A stretch of 64,000 nt of DNA, taken from NCBI RefSeq assembly GCF_016432865.1, contig NC_067398.1, forward strand, positions 334,242,001 through 334,306,000, given 5' to 3'. Positions 1 to 15,014 of this stretch are shown piece by piece (position 1 is the first letter of the stretch; each line of letters starts with the position of its first letter). The notes beneath the pieces were generated by a model. It did not search any database. It was given only the letters and a program-made list of their open reading frames with translations, and had not been told where the DNA came from. The position numbers and the translations under genes were made by a program. The DNA comes from Antechinus flavipes (taxonomy: Eukaryota).

Positions 1-195
1 GAATCTATACAGGGTATTTATGTAACAAAGTCTAACAGAGTAATATATAAATGAATTTGAAATCTTGGGCTTTACTTTCTAAGAGATTAAGTGGACGGAA
101 ATTTCACCAAACTGGACTAAGTGGCTTCCTTTTTTTTTTTTTTAATTAACAAAGTGGATCTTAACAAATGGGGAAGGGAAGATTGGAAAGGAGGG

Positions 196-2985
<2,790 letters not shown>

Positions 2986-3299
2986 CTGGGGAGGAGCACA
3001 CACTCGTGTCACACACAGCCACCCCAACATCCCAGAACCAACACTCGCAGGGCAGAGCCTTTTCCTGACCCTATGCCTGGAGCCCGGAAAACTCCTGGCA
3101 CCCTCCCCGCTTTACCCCCCGCACCGAGACAGCAGCCCAACCCGCCACCGCCCCTCTTTCTCCCCCCCCCCCTCCGCCAAGAGAGCAGGGTGGGACTTGG
3201 GAAGCGGTGTTCTTGGGGATGCATATTTTTTGATTTACACCACAACTCAAATCCCTCCGAGTCAGGAAGTTTTTCCTGACATCTAATCTCCTTCCCTCT

Positions 3300-3930
3300 G
3301 GCTGCCATTTTTGTTTGGCCTGTTTCCTCGACCTAGATGCCGGCCCACACCCCACCATGCCGACGACACCCCTCCCACGGGATGACGTGTGGAGAGAATG
3401 GCGCCCCACCTCTCGGGATGAGACTACAGCTCCCAGAAGGGCCTTCGACGCCGACTAATGACGTATAATCCAAGGGCGCGAGCACAACTCCGCCCTCACA
3501 CCTCCCCCTCCCCCCACGACGGGTATGGATGGAGCCCCCGGCTTCCCTGAGACCCCACGAGCACCGGGCCGGCTGTGGTGAGTGCTCCCAAGGCCCGCAA
3601 CAAGTCCCACAACGTCCCAACCCCAACTCCTCGCTGTGCGCGCGCACAACTAGCCTCTCTCGGCCGCCGGGCTCGGACCCACCGTGCAGACGCACGCCGC
3701 TCCCTGCGCTTGCGCGAAGCTTCCGCTCGGCGCGCGCCTGGGCCTAGGGGCACTATGCGCTTGCGTAGTAGCGACCAGCTAACTCCCGTGGGGCCCGCCT
3801 TCTGGCATTCTGTGTCCCCGCCCCACCGAGCTGCTCTCATACCCGCTCGTGGCCGAGCCGCGGGAGTTTGGAGGCTCCTTGTGCCTCCGTTTATGGGCAG
3901 CGGGACCTGAACCTCTCTTACCCGCAGGTC
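3300..3930. promoter_or_regulatory. CpG-island bidirectional promoter shared by THOC6 (-) and HCFC1R1 (+)
   Basis: CpG-dense segment between two divergent genes. It has a ZNF143/THAP11-type ACTACAGCTCCCAGAA (3423-3438), TGACGT half-CREs (about 3383 and 3459), a YY1-like GCCATTTT (3304-3311) and NRF1-like TGCGCTTGCGC (about 3704). A + strand donor GTGAGT near 3578 and acceptor CCCGCAG at 3927 suggest a non-coding first exon of HCFC1R1. Confidence 0.8.
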
Positions 3931-3941
3931 CCCGGAACTTC

Positions 3942-6492
3942 ATGATCCTTCAGCCGCCCATGGAGCTGGGCCGCCCAGCGGGGGCCCGGAAAGATCCCAG
4001 GGAAGCACAGGCGCCAGCCAGGACCCTGGACGCCTGGTGTGTGGCCCTGGGGGTAGGGGGCCGGCGGGACCTCGGATAGCCCGGATGCTGGGTTATGGGG
4101 TGCAGGTGTGGGGATCAGGGGGCACAGCTGTTAACGGGGCCCAAGACTGCCCGCAGTACGTACTGCTTTCCAGGAGACAGGAGCCCAGGAGGGCCACTGC
4201 AGTGGTCGAGAACGCTTGGCTTCCTGGCCGTAGGGCTGATGAGCAGGAGCCAAGATGTCAATTATAAACCGAGAGCTGAAAAGTTAGGAGCCAGGATACC
4301 AAGGTTACAGGACACAGTTGAGCACGGAGGGCCAGTATGCAGAGATAACGTAATCCTGGTTAAAGGGCACCCAGGGGAGGAGTGGGAGCCCGGCTCGTTG
4401 CTGGAATTACTGTTACAGATGGTAGAAGTAGAGGCTGGACATCAGAATCCCCGTGTTACATAATTAATCCACAAAGCTAGGATCTGGTGCCTCGGACTTC
4501 TGGCTTGTGTCAAACTCCAATAGGGGGCAGTTTTAAAATTAATATGTTTTTAATTGCATTTTCATTTTGTTAAATATTTCCCAATTACATTTTAACCTGG
4601 TTCAGGCCTCACTCGTTTGACACCTCCTTATTGGGGAACCTGGAATGAGAGCCATGGGTTATATGATAATCTGAGGATGTAGGACCTGTGTTATAGTCTA
4701 GAACAAGGAGTTGGATGCCTGGATTTTATGGACATGGGCGCACATATTTTTATGATACAGAACAGAGGTTGGAGGGGCTTAGGTTAGATGCTATGTAGCT
4801 GAGGATAGGTTATCAGCATCCCAGGGGTACAGAACATAGGATGTGCTTTCATAACTAGTATGCCTGGGTTATAGGGTATAAAGTGGGAAGGCAAGAACCA
4901 GGGCACTTGGATTATGTTGTTCAGGTCAGAGGAACATGAGTCCTCGAGTTATGTGAATGGGGCTAATAAAGAGAAGGAGGGTGGGGGTGGCCTGGGTGAG
5001 AGAGCCAGACCTGAAGTCTAGCTGTATTAAAGGACAAAGGTCTTAGGCCCAGGAACTCTAATATGTTGCTTCCAGGGAAGGAGAAAAAAGTATTTAGACT
5101 TTTAACTTTGTCTCTTCCACAGCTCCCTTCCCCAAGGAATTCAACCCCAGAGCACCAATCAGTTGCTGGAGGAGCATCAGTGAGTTTAGGGAAAGGGAAG
5201 TAGTTCTCCCTACCCTCCCATTCACCAGAATTTTTCTTCTTAGGAACCAATATCTTTTCCCCTAAGCTCAAATTCTCTCTAGGTTCTTCCTTCCCCATTC
5301 CCCCCTCCCCTTCCTTTTTACCCCTTCCCCCCCAAGTCTAAGAGATTACATGGTACCATGAAAGATGCTAGATTTGGAGTCCAAGAACCTAATCATTTAA
5401 CTTTTATAGGAATCAAAGTTTCTTCCTTTGCAAAATAACTAGACATCTGTAAGACCTTCTAGTTCTTAATGTGTGTTTCTTCCCAAAAGCCTTATTTCCC
5501 AGTCCATTTCCCTGGTCTCTTTTTCCAGCAACTCTCTTCAGAAGCATTTCCTGTCTGAGGAGAACATGGTCTCCCATTTTTCCCACCTCAGTCTGGACAG
5601 TGATCACTCCTACTGCCCATCAGCAGCTTTCTCCATGGGTACTCCAGCCCCACCTGTGATCAGGTAATGACTCTTTGAATTTCAAAACATTCAGTGACTT
5701 CCCATTATCACTAAATAAAAATTTTTTATTCCTTACCTGATCAAAGTTGATTAGGTAGAGCCTTCTTTCTTATTTCATGTTACCCCTCATTCTGCTCAAA
5801 CCCTCCACATTTCTTCCATGTTGTCTTTGTTCAAGTCCTATCCATCATTCTAGGTCCAGGACAAATACCCTCTCTTGTGTGAATCCTCATATTCCAGCCA
5901 GAATCGATATCCTTTTACCTTCTCCCATTTATATACTTACCAAATTCTCTCTTGTTTAATTTTATTTCCCTTACTAGGATGAAAATAGTATTCATTTTTG
6001 TATGCCCTTTTCATTTCTACCACAAGATCATTCACATTAGATTTGGGATGTAGTTTCATCTCTGAGATTCCTGGGATTCCACCCCAAATCAAGAGCTACT
6101 TTAGCTCCAGCTATTCCTAGGGCCAATTACATCTTTTCAGATGTACTACTACATTTAGCCAGCAATTTTGAACAAGCTCTTATCATCTCTTTCCTTCCCT
6201 CAAGGCCTTTGGAAGACTGTTTTCACTCAACTGAGGATCTGGGGGTACTCTGCCCCAGCCTTCTTCTGGCCCTGTAAGTGTTGGAGAAGGGAAAGTGGGA
6301 AAGTACCAAGATTTGTAATAGGACTGAGTCCCCCTGACTACAATTTTTGCTTTTAGGAATCCCCATTCAGAGCTACTCCTCTGGCAATATCCAGGAAACC
6401 AAATCCCAGAAATTCTTCGGCTGCTGAGACTGGGAGGCTCCCAGGTATACCAAAACCACAACCCCCATAGTGGGGAGGCAATGGAGCTCTGA
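3942..6492 (+). CDS. HCFC1R1: Host cell factor C1 regulator 1 (HPIP), 4 coding exons, 140 aa
   Basis: Exons 3942-4036, 5123-5179, 5529-5663, 6357-6492 (423 nt, GT-AG, continuous frame). Translation MILQPPMELG...LDAC SLPQGIQPQSTNQLLEEHH NSLQKHFLSEENMVSHFSHLSLDSDHSYC...R NPHSELLLWQYPGNQIPEILRLLRLGG...MEL*. It retains the HCF-binding motif DHxY (DHSY) and the Leu-rich export-signal-like IPEILRLLRL. AATAAA at about 6806 and 6823. Confidence 0.93.
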
Positions 6493-8090
6493 ACCTCAAA
6501 TGACTGCCCTGTCCCTCAGGAACACAAGCCTCTCTCAGTGCCCCCAACTTCAACTCCATGAGTTGGATCCAGAGAGGCAGAATCTGGCCTTCTCTGGAAA
6601 ACAAGACTCAAAGACCAAAGAGGGTCTAGACACCCATATATTGTACACAGAACTAAAGAATAGCACCTTCAGGTTAGAGATAGGTCTATTACATACACAT
6701 ACATTCAAGGGATGGTGGCGAAAATAGAACCACAGAAGAAAGGGTGGGGAGGAACATCTTAGGGGATGGGGTGGCTCCCATAGCAGGGGGCCTTTGTTAA
6801 AGCAAAATAAAGATTGGTGGGCAATAAAAAGCAAGTAGCTTCATTGGTGGGGGGGAAGGGGAGAGGTGCTGTCTGGGGAGAAGGGCCCAAAGGGACAGAT
6901 GCCCAGATCCTTTGCAGTCTTCCCTGGAAAGCGAGTCAGGGCTAGACCCGCCCAGACATTGAGAATGTGTGAGTCAGGGCCCTGCCCCCACCCCCGGCTG
7001 ACTCACAAACTCTTCCCTGCAGTGGCCAGAAACAGTTGGGGACTAAGCCAAAAAGGGGGATGGAGATGCCCATCTCTGTTAGGGGAAGAATGAGTTCAGA
7101 CCCTTGTACTGAAGGGGAAATGGGAGTCTTACCTCTCCACTCAAATAAAATTTAAAAAAAATCAAACTTGAAATCAAAATAACTTTTATTTATACATATT
7201 CTATTCCCTCCCTCCCTCCCCATTTGCTCCCCCCAAATAAATATCTCCCCTTGTGGGCAGGCCAAAGGAGGAAGACCCTAGAGCCGGCTTCCCTAGAGGA
7301 CCAGCCCCTACTGTAGGGGGATAGAGTACTGTACCCTGCCCCCCCACAAGATACAGCTGCCTTGTCCCAGCACATGTAAGGGGACTGCAAATCAAGGTCC
7401 TGAGTGTTCTATCTGGCCTCCTATTTTTAAGGGGTATTTTCTTGGCTCAGAGCCCCTACTGCTGCCAGGGGAGGGAGGTGGCAGTGTGATTGTTGGGGAG
7501 GGGAAGCACCCCTCAACCCCTCCAACTGTGCAAATGTTGCATTCTTCAGCCAGTGAGCAGTCCCAGGATAATACCCCAGGTTTGAGTCCCTACTTCCCTC
7601 CTGGGTATAGGAAGAGAATTGCAGTCAAAGAAGAATGTGTGAGGAGGGATAATCTCATCCAAGAACATAATGCCAAGGTGTTGAGATCCCCTCAATAACT
7701 AGATAAAGCTGGAAACAGGCCAGATCTGTCAGAAAGAGAAAGAAATTGCAAGTTCTTTGTGGGCAGGGATATTTCTGTGCAAACATATGTAATACTTCCC
7801 CTCCTGTGTGTCCACCCACCCCCCACCCCCGGGTCAAGTGAATTAGTAAATGCATAACCTGTATCAAGTGAGTCTTAGCTGAGTGAATGAATGAGGGTTA
7901 AAACCAAAAAAGGGACAAATCAGTATATAGTCCTCCCATTTCCCTCCTAAATCCCCCTCTCCACCCAAGACCCATGAAAGGAATTGGATTTTGTGTGGCA
8001 GTGTTAGTCTAGGATAGCAAGTCCAGAAGAGGGTAAATGTGCTGGACTTTGGGTCATTGCCAAGGCTGGTAGAAATGAAAAGGCTCACCA

Positions 8091-9605
8091 TCACTGGATC
8101 AAAGCTGTGCCTGGACATCCTTCTCCTCCTGTCTCTTCAATGGGAGCTATAAGCCAAGTATATGGGAACATTAGGACTCTTCCAGGTAACAACATGAAGC
8201 TGAAGGAGACAAGGGAGGTTGTATACTTACTAGTGAACTTCTCTTTCTGTCGACATTGTCTCCAGACCAAAAGGCCAGAAAAGAGCCCTAAAATGAGTAT
8301 CAATCCTAATGTACCTCCTAAGACTGGCCACAGCAGAGGAAAAGGGGGTGGAGGTGCTGTGGTGCCTGGGGAAAAGAAAAAGGATGTCACTGAAGATCCC
8401 AAATACAAACCTCTGCTACTAGTTTTCAAACCCTTCCCCTCCCTCCCTTCCCCCCAGCCACCCTAGCTACCACCTAGTCTACACCCTCCAAAAATCTGGT
8501 CTACACATCCTAAATGTTATTATCTTTCAAACCTTACTCTGTTCTTCCTCACCCCCTCCCCCCACCAAAAAAAATATATCCTTGGTCTCCCTCCAGCCCT
8601 TTTTCACTCACAACCAGGGCAAAAGTCACTGTAGGGTCGAGATGGACAGGAGGAACAATCCATGCATTTGTCCAAGTCTGGGCTCCAAGAACTGCCCTGG
8701 GGACAAGGGGAGGGTGCTGGGGAGAAAAGGGGAGAAAAGGGGAGAAATTTGAGGGAAGGAACCTCCTACACTCTCTTCCCCAGGATGGGCTGGGGGGAGG
8801 TGGTAAGGAGAGCGAGCAAGAGACAGAGAGGTCAGGGCTATTCCGGGGGTTGAGGTCAGGGCTAGAGCTCTAGTTTCTGGTGAGTCAGACCAGCCAGACA
8901 TCAGAGCCCCCAAGCCCCCTCCCTCTTTCTCCCCCCCCCCCCCGCCAGACATTCCAGACAGGTGACCGCAGGCCTAGGGGCAGGACTCTTGGGTTCCGAA
9001 AGAACGATCCCTGGGTCCTTAACGCCTAGTGGAGCGGCTTCTGCGGAGACACCATAGTCTGGGGAGAGGTGGAGGGCACCGGACAGAGAAGGAGATGGGG
9101 AGGGAGGGCGGGAGAGGCACCGCGTAGTTAAAACAGATATCCAACTCTTCTCTCCCCCCCCCCCCTCCTTCCAGCAGTCTGTGACTCAGTCCCGGGAGCT
9201 GGGCCGACAATCCCCCCCGCTTTCACCCCTCCTCCTCACATTACTGGGGCGTGAAGTCATTGTGAGGCGGGGTGTTCACCGGTCCGGGTCGGAGATGCCC
9301 ACGTGGAGTGCCCCCCTCCATCCCACGCTCAGCCAAATAGGGTAGAGTCTAGGGGTCTCCTTTCGCCTCCAGCACCCTAATTTCCGAACTGCTCTGGGGG
9401 AGGCGTGCCCTAAAGTCATCCTCTTCCACCCTGACTATCCCATTTCACCCACAGCAGACTTCCCGGGGAACCCTTCCACCCCCGGCACTTCCCAGACAGG
9501 TGTCAGTATCCCTAGCCTGGCAACCCCATTACCTGAGGCTGGCTCCCCCCAAGTCAATCTCAGCACCATCAGCGCCAGTATCACTACTAGCGGTCCCAGA
9601 GCCAT
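8091..9605 (-). CDS. TNFRSF12A: TNF receptor superfamily member 12A (Fn14/TWEAK receptor), 4 exons, 122 aa
   Basis: Exons 9605-9533, 8716-8612, 8365-8231, 8146-8091 (73+105+135+56 nt, all phase 1, GT-AG). Signal peptide MALGPLVVILALMVLRLTWG, Cys-rich domain CPQGSSWSPDLDKCMDCSSCPSRPYSDFCPGC, TM LLWPVLGGTLGLILILGLFSGLLVW, TRAF-binding tail PIEETGGEGCPGTALIQ*. Minus-strand AATAAA at 7185-7190. Confidence 0.96.
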
Positions 9606-10218
9606 GGTGTACCTCCCGAGGCCGGTCCCGTTCTGAGCCGGGACGCGGATTCAGGGAGGCACGCCCGCCGCCCACCCTATCCGGGGCGGTCCCAGTCCGG
9701 ACCCCGCCTCCAGTGGTAGCGGCCAGTCCCCCAACTAGTTGCCTGTCCACCGTGCTCCAACTCCCGATCCCCGAAAAGAATTCAGGTGTCTTGGTTCTCA
9801 ATGTCCTTTCCGGAGTATCTTCTCCTCAGTCTCATCCCTGCAGCTTCAGCCTTTCTAGTTGCTTGGTGCTTCTTCCCCCAAAGCTCTGACTCCCCTGCCA
9901 AATCCCTTGGGCCTCCCAGAACTCAGGCATCCTGGTCCATCCAAATGCCCGTTGCATCTTTTTCCAGTCCCCAATTCATACGCTGAAGTTAAGCGATTTC
10001 TCACTCAGAGAAACGTGAAGTTCTGCTTTTTCATCCCCAGGTTCTCTCAGGAAGGCCAGATGCCTGAGTACGGGGCTGGGGTCTCTGCCCCTCCCTGGGG
10101 AAGGCGGGGTCTCCAGTGACGTCACGGGGGCATTCACGGCCTTTAAGACCCCCGCCTCCGCCCCCTTTTCCCATACTCTATCCTGATCTCTGGCTGCAGT
10201 CGTTTCTCTTCTAGGCAG
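9606..10218. promoter_or_regulatory. Head-to-head promoter region of TNFRSF12A (-) and CLDN6 (+), including the probable non-coding exon 1 of CLDN6
   Basis: Multiple GC boxes and a full CRE palindrome TGACGTCA at 10117-10124. A consensus donor CAG|GTGAGT (intron starts 10219) can pair with the polypyrimidine acceptor TTGCAG at 14325, 20 nt before the CLDN6 ATG. Confidence 0.7.
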
Positions 10219-13200
10219 GTGAGTCTGGCACTCTGGCCCTTCTTCCACCAGATTGGGAGCTGCACCCCAGCAAGGCTAGGAGCTGGACGCTAAGGGTTCA
10301 GTACGGGAGCAACCACTTTATTTGGGTCCAGTGGAGGGTCCCCTGGGTTTAGAGTCCGAGATTTGGTCCTAGGTTAGAAGTGCCAGATGTTTGGGGTTGG
10401 GGCATGGGTCCTAGTGGAGCCAGTGGGTCTTTAGGGCAGGACGGAAGTCCCCCCCATCCAATAAAGTAGAACTATACGATTCGAATTCCCAGGTTCCGAA
10501 GGAACTGAACTAAAACAGGTCTTCCCGGGTTCCTTGTAGTTCCTAGAACTACAAGAGAGTGGAGGTATTAATCTTTGCTCCAAATTTCCAGGAAAATCAA
10601 CTTTCCCCTCCCCCTCTCGGGACAAAAGGCCCGAACCCATCTCCACCCCCCCAAACAAACACTCTCTACCTGGGCTACTCTTCCCGCTGAATTAGATCCT
10701 TGTGCTGTGGTCTGATGTCCGCCCCTTCCGACCCCTGTAGGGTGGGAGGGTCCACGAACTCCCCTTGCTCCTACCTGGACCCCCTTCCCACACCTGACCT
10801 CGTAAAACCACCTGACGACTTCACAGCGGGTTAATCTCTTCTGTCTGGGAGTTGGGAAGGGAGGGGAGAGAGAAGAAATTTCCTGGATGTGAGATTTGTG
10901 TCTCCAGGGGCCATCTCAAGACTAGGACTAAGCTTGGGTGTATTTAGAATAAATGTAGAACTGGACTTTAGCGGCTGGAATTAGTGATGACCTAGTACAA
11001 CTGCCTCATTTACAAAGAGCAAACAGATCTCATAGAATAAGTAACTTCCGAGGCCCAGCTTCTAGGGAATTCCCAGGTTAGAAAAATAATTCAAAAAGAA
11101 TTTATTAAGTGTATCTGATATTGCTGGTGCAACGACAAAAATAAAAGTGCTCTGTGGGAACTTTTTATTTCTATCAGAGAGATTGTACGGTCACTAGGAG
11201 CTGAATCACCAAAAATACCTTTTAGAGTTAATATTTGAGTTGAGCTTGGAAACAATCTAGGAGCTCCTAGGTATGTGGGGCTGAAATTTTGTTTTTTCCA
11301 TTAGAGAGCTATCAGTGTATAGTGGAAAAAGCCCTGATCTTGGAATCAAGAGGATCCAGGTTCAAATTCTAGGTCTAGGGGTTCTCTCTTTATAAAATCA
11401 GGAAGATTTATGCTACTCCCCTTAGGATCAACTAAATATATAAATGTAAATTATATGTAAAGAGCGATTAACTCCAGGTCTGGGGGAGTTGGGAAGGAAA
11501 TAAGGGAAGGACCACCTGAGTTTCAATTACACAGTATTCAACAAAAATCCCTACCACGTATAAGGGCAACTTTAGGATCTGGGCATTCTTGGAAAAAAAG
11601 GAGAATCTGTAATTTCATCCAATCTTACATGTTCCTTTCTCTTAATTTGAGTCTCTGTGCTTAAAGTCTCTAGAGGGAATTCAACTGGTACATAAGTAAA
11701 GCCTAGATAATTTAAGAAGGAGCACTAATAATTAAGAAAGATCAGGAAAAAAAGGATTCTCCCTTGAAAGAAACTGAAAGATTGAGAGTTGGAGAAGAAA
11801 GTGCATCCCCAGGCATGGTATTTAATGAGGAAATACTTTTAATGCCCGACATGTGGCAGTGCTAGAAGCAATGGGGTGCCATTGAAGATTTTTGAAGAAG
11901 ACATTAGTTTGAACAGAATGGTTGGAGAAGGAAGAGACCATATAAAAAGACATGGCTGGGAATAAAGTTTCAGGAGAAATGGGAAGGCTCAATTTCAGGT
12001 AACAAGAATGACTTCATGGCCGGAGAATTAGCACCTGAAGCTGCCTTAATAGAATATACTGAGATTTCAACCTGGAGGGGATCTTGGAGGTCAGCTAGTA
12101 CACTGCCCCTATTTGCCAAAAAAACTGGAAGAGATCAGAGAGAGAAAATGTCTGAGCAGCTTGTTGAGACCATTTGTCTCCAAATTCATCTATTTTCCTA
12201 CTACCTTATTACACTGCCTCTGCAGGTAGAATTGGGGGAGGGGAATGACACATTCCTGGCTCGAGGAACCTCGTGAGGGTTGAGCAGATTTAGAATTCCC
12301 TGGAGGGCTGAAACCTAGTATTTAATCTTGAATGTACTCTGCCTAGCACTGGAGATTTTGGCACACAGTAGGAACTTAGTAAATGGATGAAGTAATTGGG
12401 CTAGAAGGGAGGGGCTGGTGGCCCTTGGGTATGGGAATTTAGGCATTTGAGCTTTATCCTGGAGGCTGTAGGGAGCCTTTGAAGTTATTGAGTAGAGAAG
12501 TGATTTGATCCGAAACTTCTTTAGGATTGGGGTGGGGGAGGAGGCACTTGTGTGTGAAAGGAGAAACTTGATGGGGGAGGGGGACTTTGAGGGAGGTCTT
12601 TCTTAGTAGATAAAGTCCATTAAGCTGCCGACCTGGGAGTGTCCAAGGCTTGCCCTGGGGTGAGTGCAGTGAGAGATTCTTAAGAATGTTTTGGTACCTG
12701 TTTCTAAATCTAGTTCAAATTAAAAGGTGCTCTTTTGGTATAAGTGGAACTGAAAATGCCGAGGATCAGTGAGACCCAGCTGGGATAGAAGGGAAATATC
12801 ACCTACATCTAAGATCCCAAACTAAAATGATTAATATTTACAAGGATAATTGTTAAATTCCATATTTAAAACACTCCTATACAGGATGGGGGATATTGGA
12901 CTGGATGGTAGTTAATGTGGGAAGTTACCTGAGCCTGGGGACTCCAAACTCAGTATGCATCATAATCTGGCTGTGCTAAGTAGCATCTTGATAGGTAGAT
13001 AGAAATGATAATGAGGTAAATAAATTTCAAACACTTACAAAGAGGAAGAGTCTGGGAAGCAGTAGCAAGCAGAGTGAACTAAGCAACCTTGTGATTTAGC
13101 AATATTGGAGATACAAAGAAGCTGGCTGACTGTCAGGACAATTGTGGAAGAGATTCCAACATGGGGTGGGAGGTTGAACGAGATGACCTCTGAGGTCCTT

Positions 13201-14016
13201 TCCAACTGTGAGAATCTATTTTGGGAAAGGATATAGAGGACAATAGGTGGAATTTGATTTTTTTTTTTCTTCTCCACTGGCTATCCCTATCCTAAATCTG
13301 TTTAGGCACCAAAAAAAAAATCTTGGTGCAACACTTGGTTGATGGATATGTAAAGCAAATTGAGTCTCTTGGAAAGGAAAAGTAATCATAGTAAGCAAAT
13401 CTGAGAATGAGGAGATACACAACTAAAGTAAAATTTAAGTATATTGCTTCACGTTAAGAGATCTTAAGAATTTAACCCCTCATTCCTCAGAGGAAGAAAC
13501 TGAAGCCCAGAGAAAAGTGACTAGTCCAAGAATAAAATTGGAATCTAAACCTAGATTTCACAGTCTCTTTCCACAATGGAGACTAGGGAAATAAGTAGTT
13601 ATTTTGATGAGCAAAGTCTTGGGACTCTGCAATGGGAAAGAGGATTATAGATAGTAAGAGGCCGGAAGATGAAGTGAGGAGTTTTTGAAAGAGGAATTCA
13701 TTGACATGGTTGAGGCTAATTTGTCAGAAATTAGGTCATGAACCTGCCTTGATTATCCTGAGATATTTATGCTGAGTTTCCAAGGTTCTAGGCCCTACTT
13801 AATTTGACTAATTCAACTCAACTCAACTAATTCTCTGCTATCCCTTTTACTGTTTCCAGTATTTGGATTTCCCAGTTTTCAAATAGCTAGTAGAGATATA
13901 CCTTAAAAGATCTTACAACCCACCTAAGGGAAATAGTCACTTGCTTAAGGCCATGGTAGATGGAGGACTAAAATTCGAGTAATTCTAACATCCTGTTCTG
14001 TAGTCTTCCCACTACA

Positions 14017-14160
14017 TTTTTCCCCCTGAGGCAATTGGGGTTAAGTGACTTGCCCTCTGTCACACAGCTAGGAAATGTTAAGTGTCTGAGGCCAAACTTG
14101 AATTCCGGTCCTCCTGACTTCAGGGGTGGTGCTGTATCTACTGCACCATCTAGCTGACCC
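14017..14160 (-). mobile_element. WSINE1-like tRNA-derived SINE with target-site duplication
   Basis: Reverse complement reads GGGTCAGCTAGATGGTGCAGTAGATACAGC...TCAGGAGGACCGGAATTCAAG...CCTAGCTGTGTGAC...GCAAGTCACTTAACCCCAATTGCCTCAG. It is flanked by the direct repeat CTTCCCACTA (14005-14014 and 14160-14169). Confidence 0.85.
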
Positions 14161-14345
14161 TTCCCACTATAACCTTAAAGTTTTCCACTATTGTACTGTA
14201 TATTAGGAGGCTATATCCAATAGATGGGATTACTTTATAAAGGCTCCATTTAATGAAAGAGGTTAAAGCCACTGAATACATGAAATGGGTTAACTAGTCC
14301 AAAATTTCCCTCTTCACCCTTGCAGGTGTTCTCTTAAATTCATCC

Positions 14346-15014
14346 ATGGCTTCTGCCGGCCTCCAGATCCTGGGCATAGTCCTTTCATTGCTGGGCTGGA
14401 TAGCAATGATAGTGTCCTGTGCCATGCCCATGTGGAAAATCACAGCCTTCATTGGCAATAACATCGTGGTGTCCCAGGTGACGTGGGAAGGCCTCTGGAT
14501 GAATTGTGTGGTCCAGAGCACCGGCCAGATGCAGTGCAAGGTGTATGACTCCCTGCTGGCCCTGCCTCGGGAACTGCAAGCAGCTCGGGCCCTCACTGTT
14601 GTGGCTCTGCTTCTGGCCTTGGTGGGCCTGCTCATCTACCTTGCTGGGGCCAAGTGCACCACGTGCATAGAAGACGAGGAACCCAAGGCTCGACTAGTTC
14701 TGGCTTCAGGGATCATTTTCCTCATCACGGCAGTCCTGGTCCTGATCCCTCTGTGCTGGACTGCCCACGTGATCATCAGGGATTTCTACAACCCTCTGGT
14801 GGCTGAAGCTCAGAAACGGGAGTTGGGACACAGCCTCTACGTGGGCTGGGCAGCTGCAGGTTTATTTCTACTAGGTGGGGGGCTATTGTGCTGCACTTGC
14901 CCCTCTGGCAGCTCAAGGAGCACAAGCCATTATGTGGCCCGATACTCCGCTTCTGCTCCTCCCCCAGGGGGCTCCCGAGGTCCTTCAGAATATCCAACCA
15001 AGAATTATGTGTGA
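14346..15014 (+). CDS. CLDN6: Claudin-6, single coding exon, 222 aa
   Basis: Claudin signature W-(x)n-GLW-C-C and four TM segments. The C-terminus [13 protein letters not shown] is diagnostic of CLDN6. It carries the CLDN6-type residues M29, R145 and Q156. AATAAA at 15649-15654. Confidence 0.97.
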   Translation: MASAGLQILGIVLSLLGWIAMIVSCAMPMWKITAFIGNNIVVSQVTWEGLWMNCVVQSTGQMQCKVYDSLLALPRELQAARALTVVALLLALVGLLIYLAGAKCTTCIEDEEPKARLVLASGIIFLITAVLVLIPLCWTAHVIIRDFYNPLVAEAQKRELGHSLYVGWAAAGLFLLGGGLLCCTCPSGSSRSTSHYVARYSASAPPPGGSRGPSEYPTKNYV

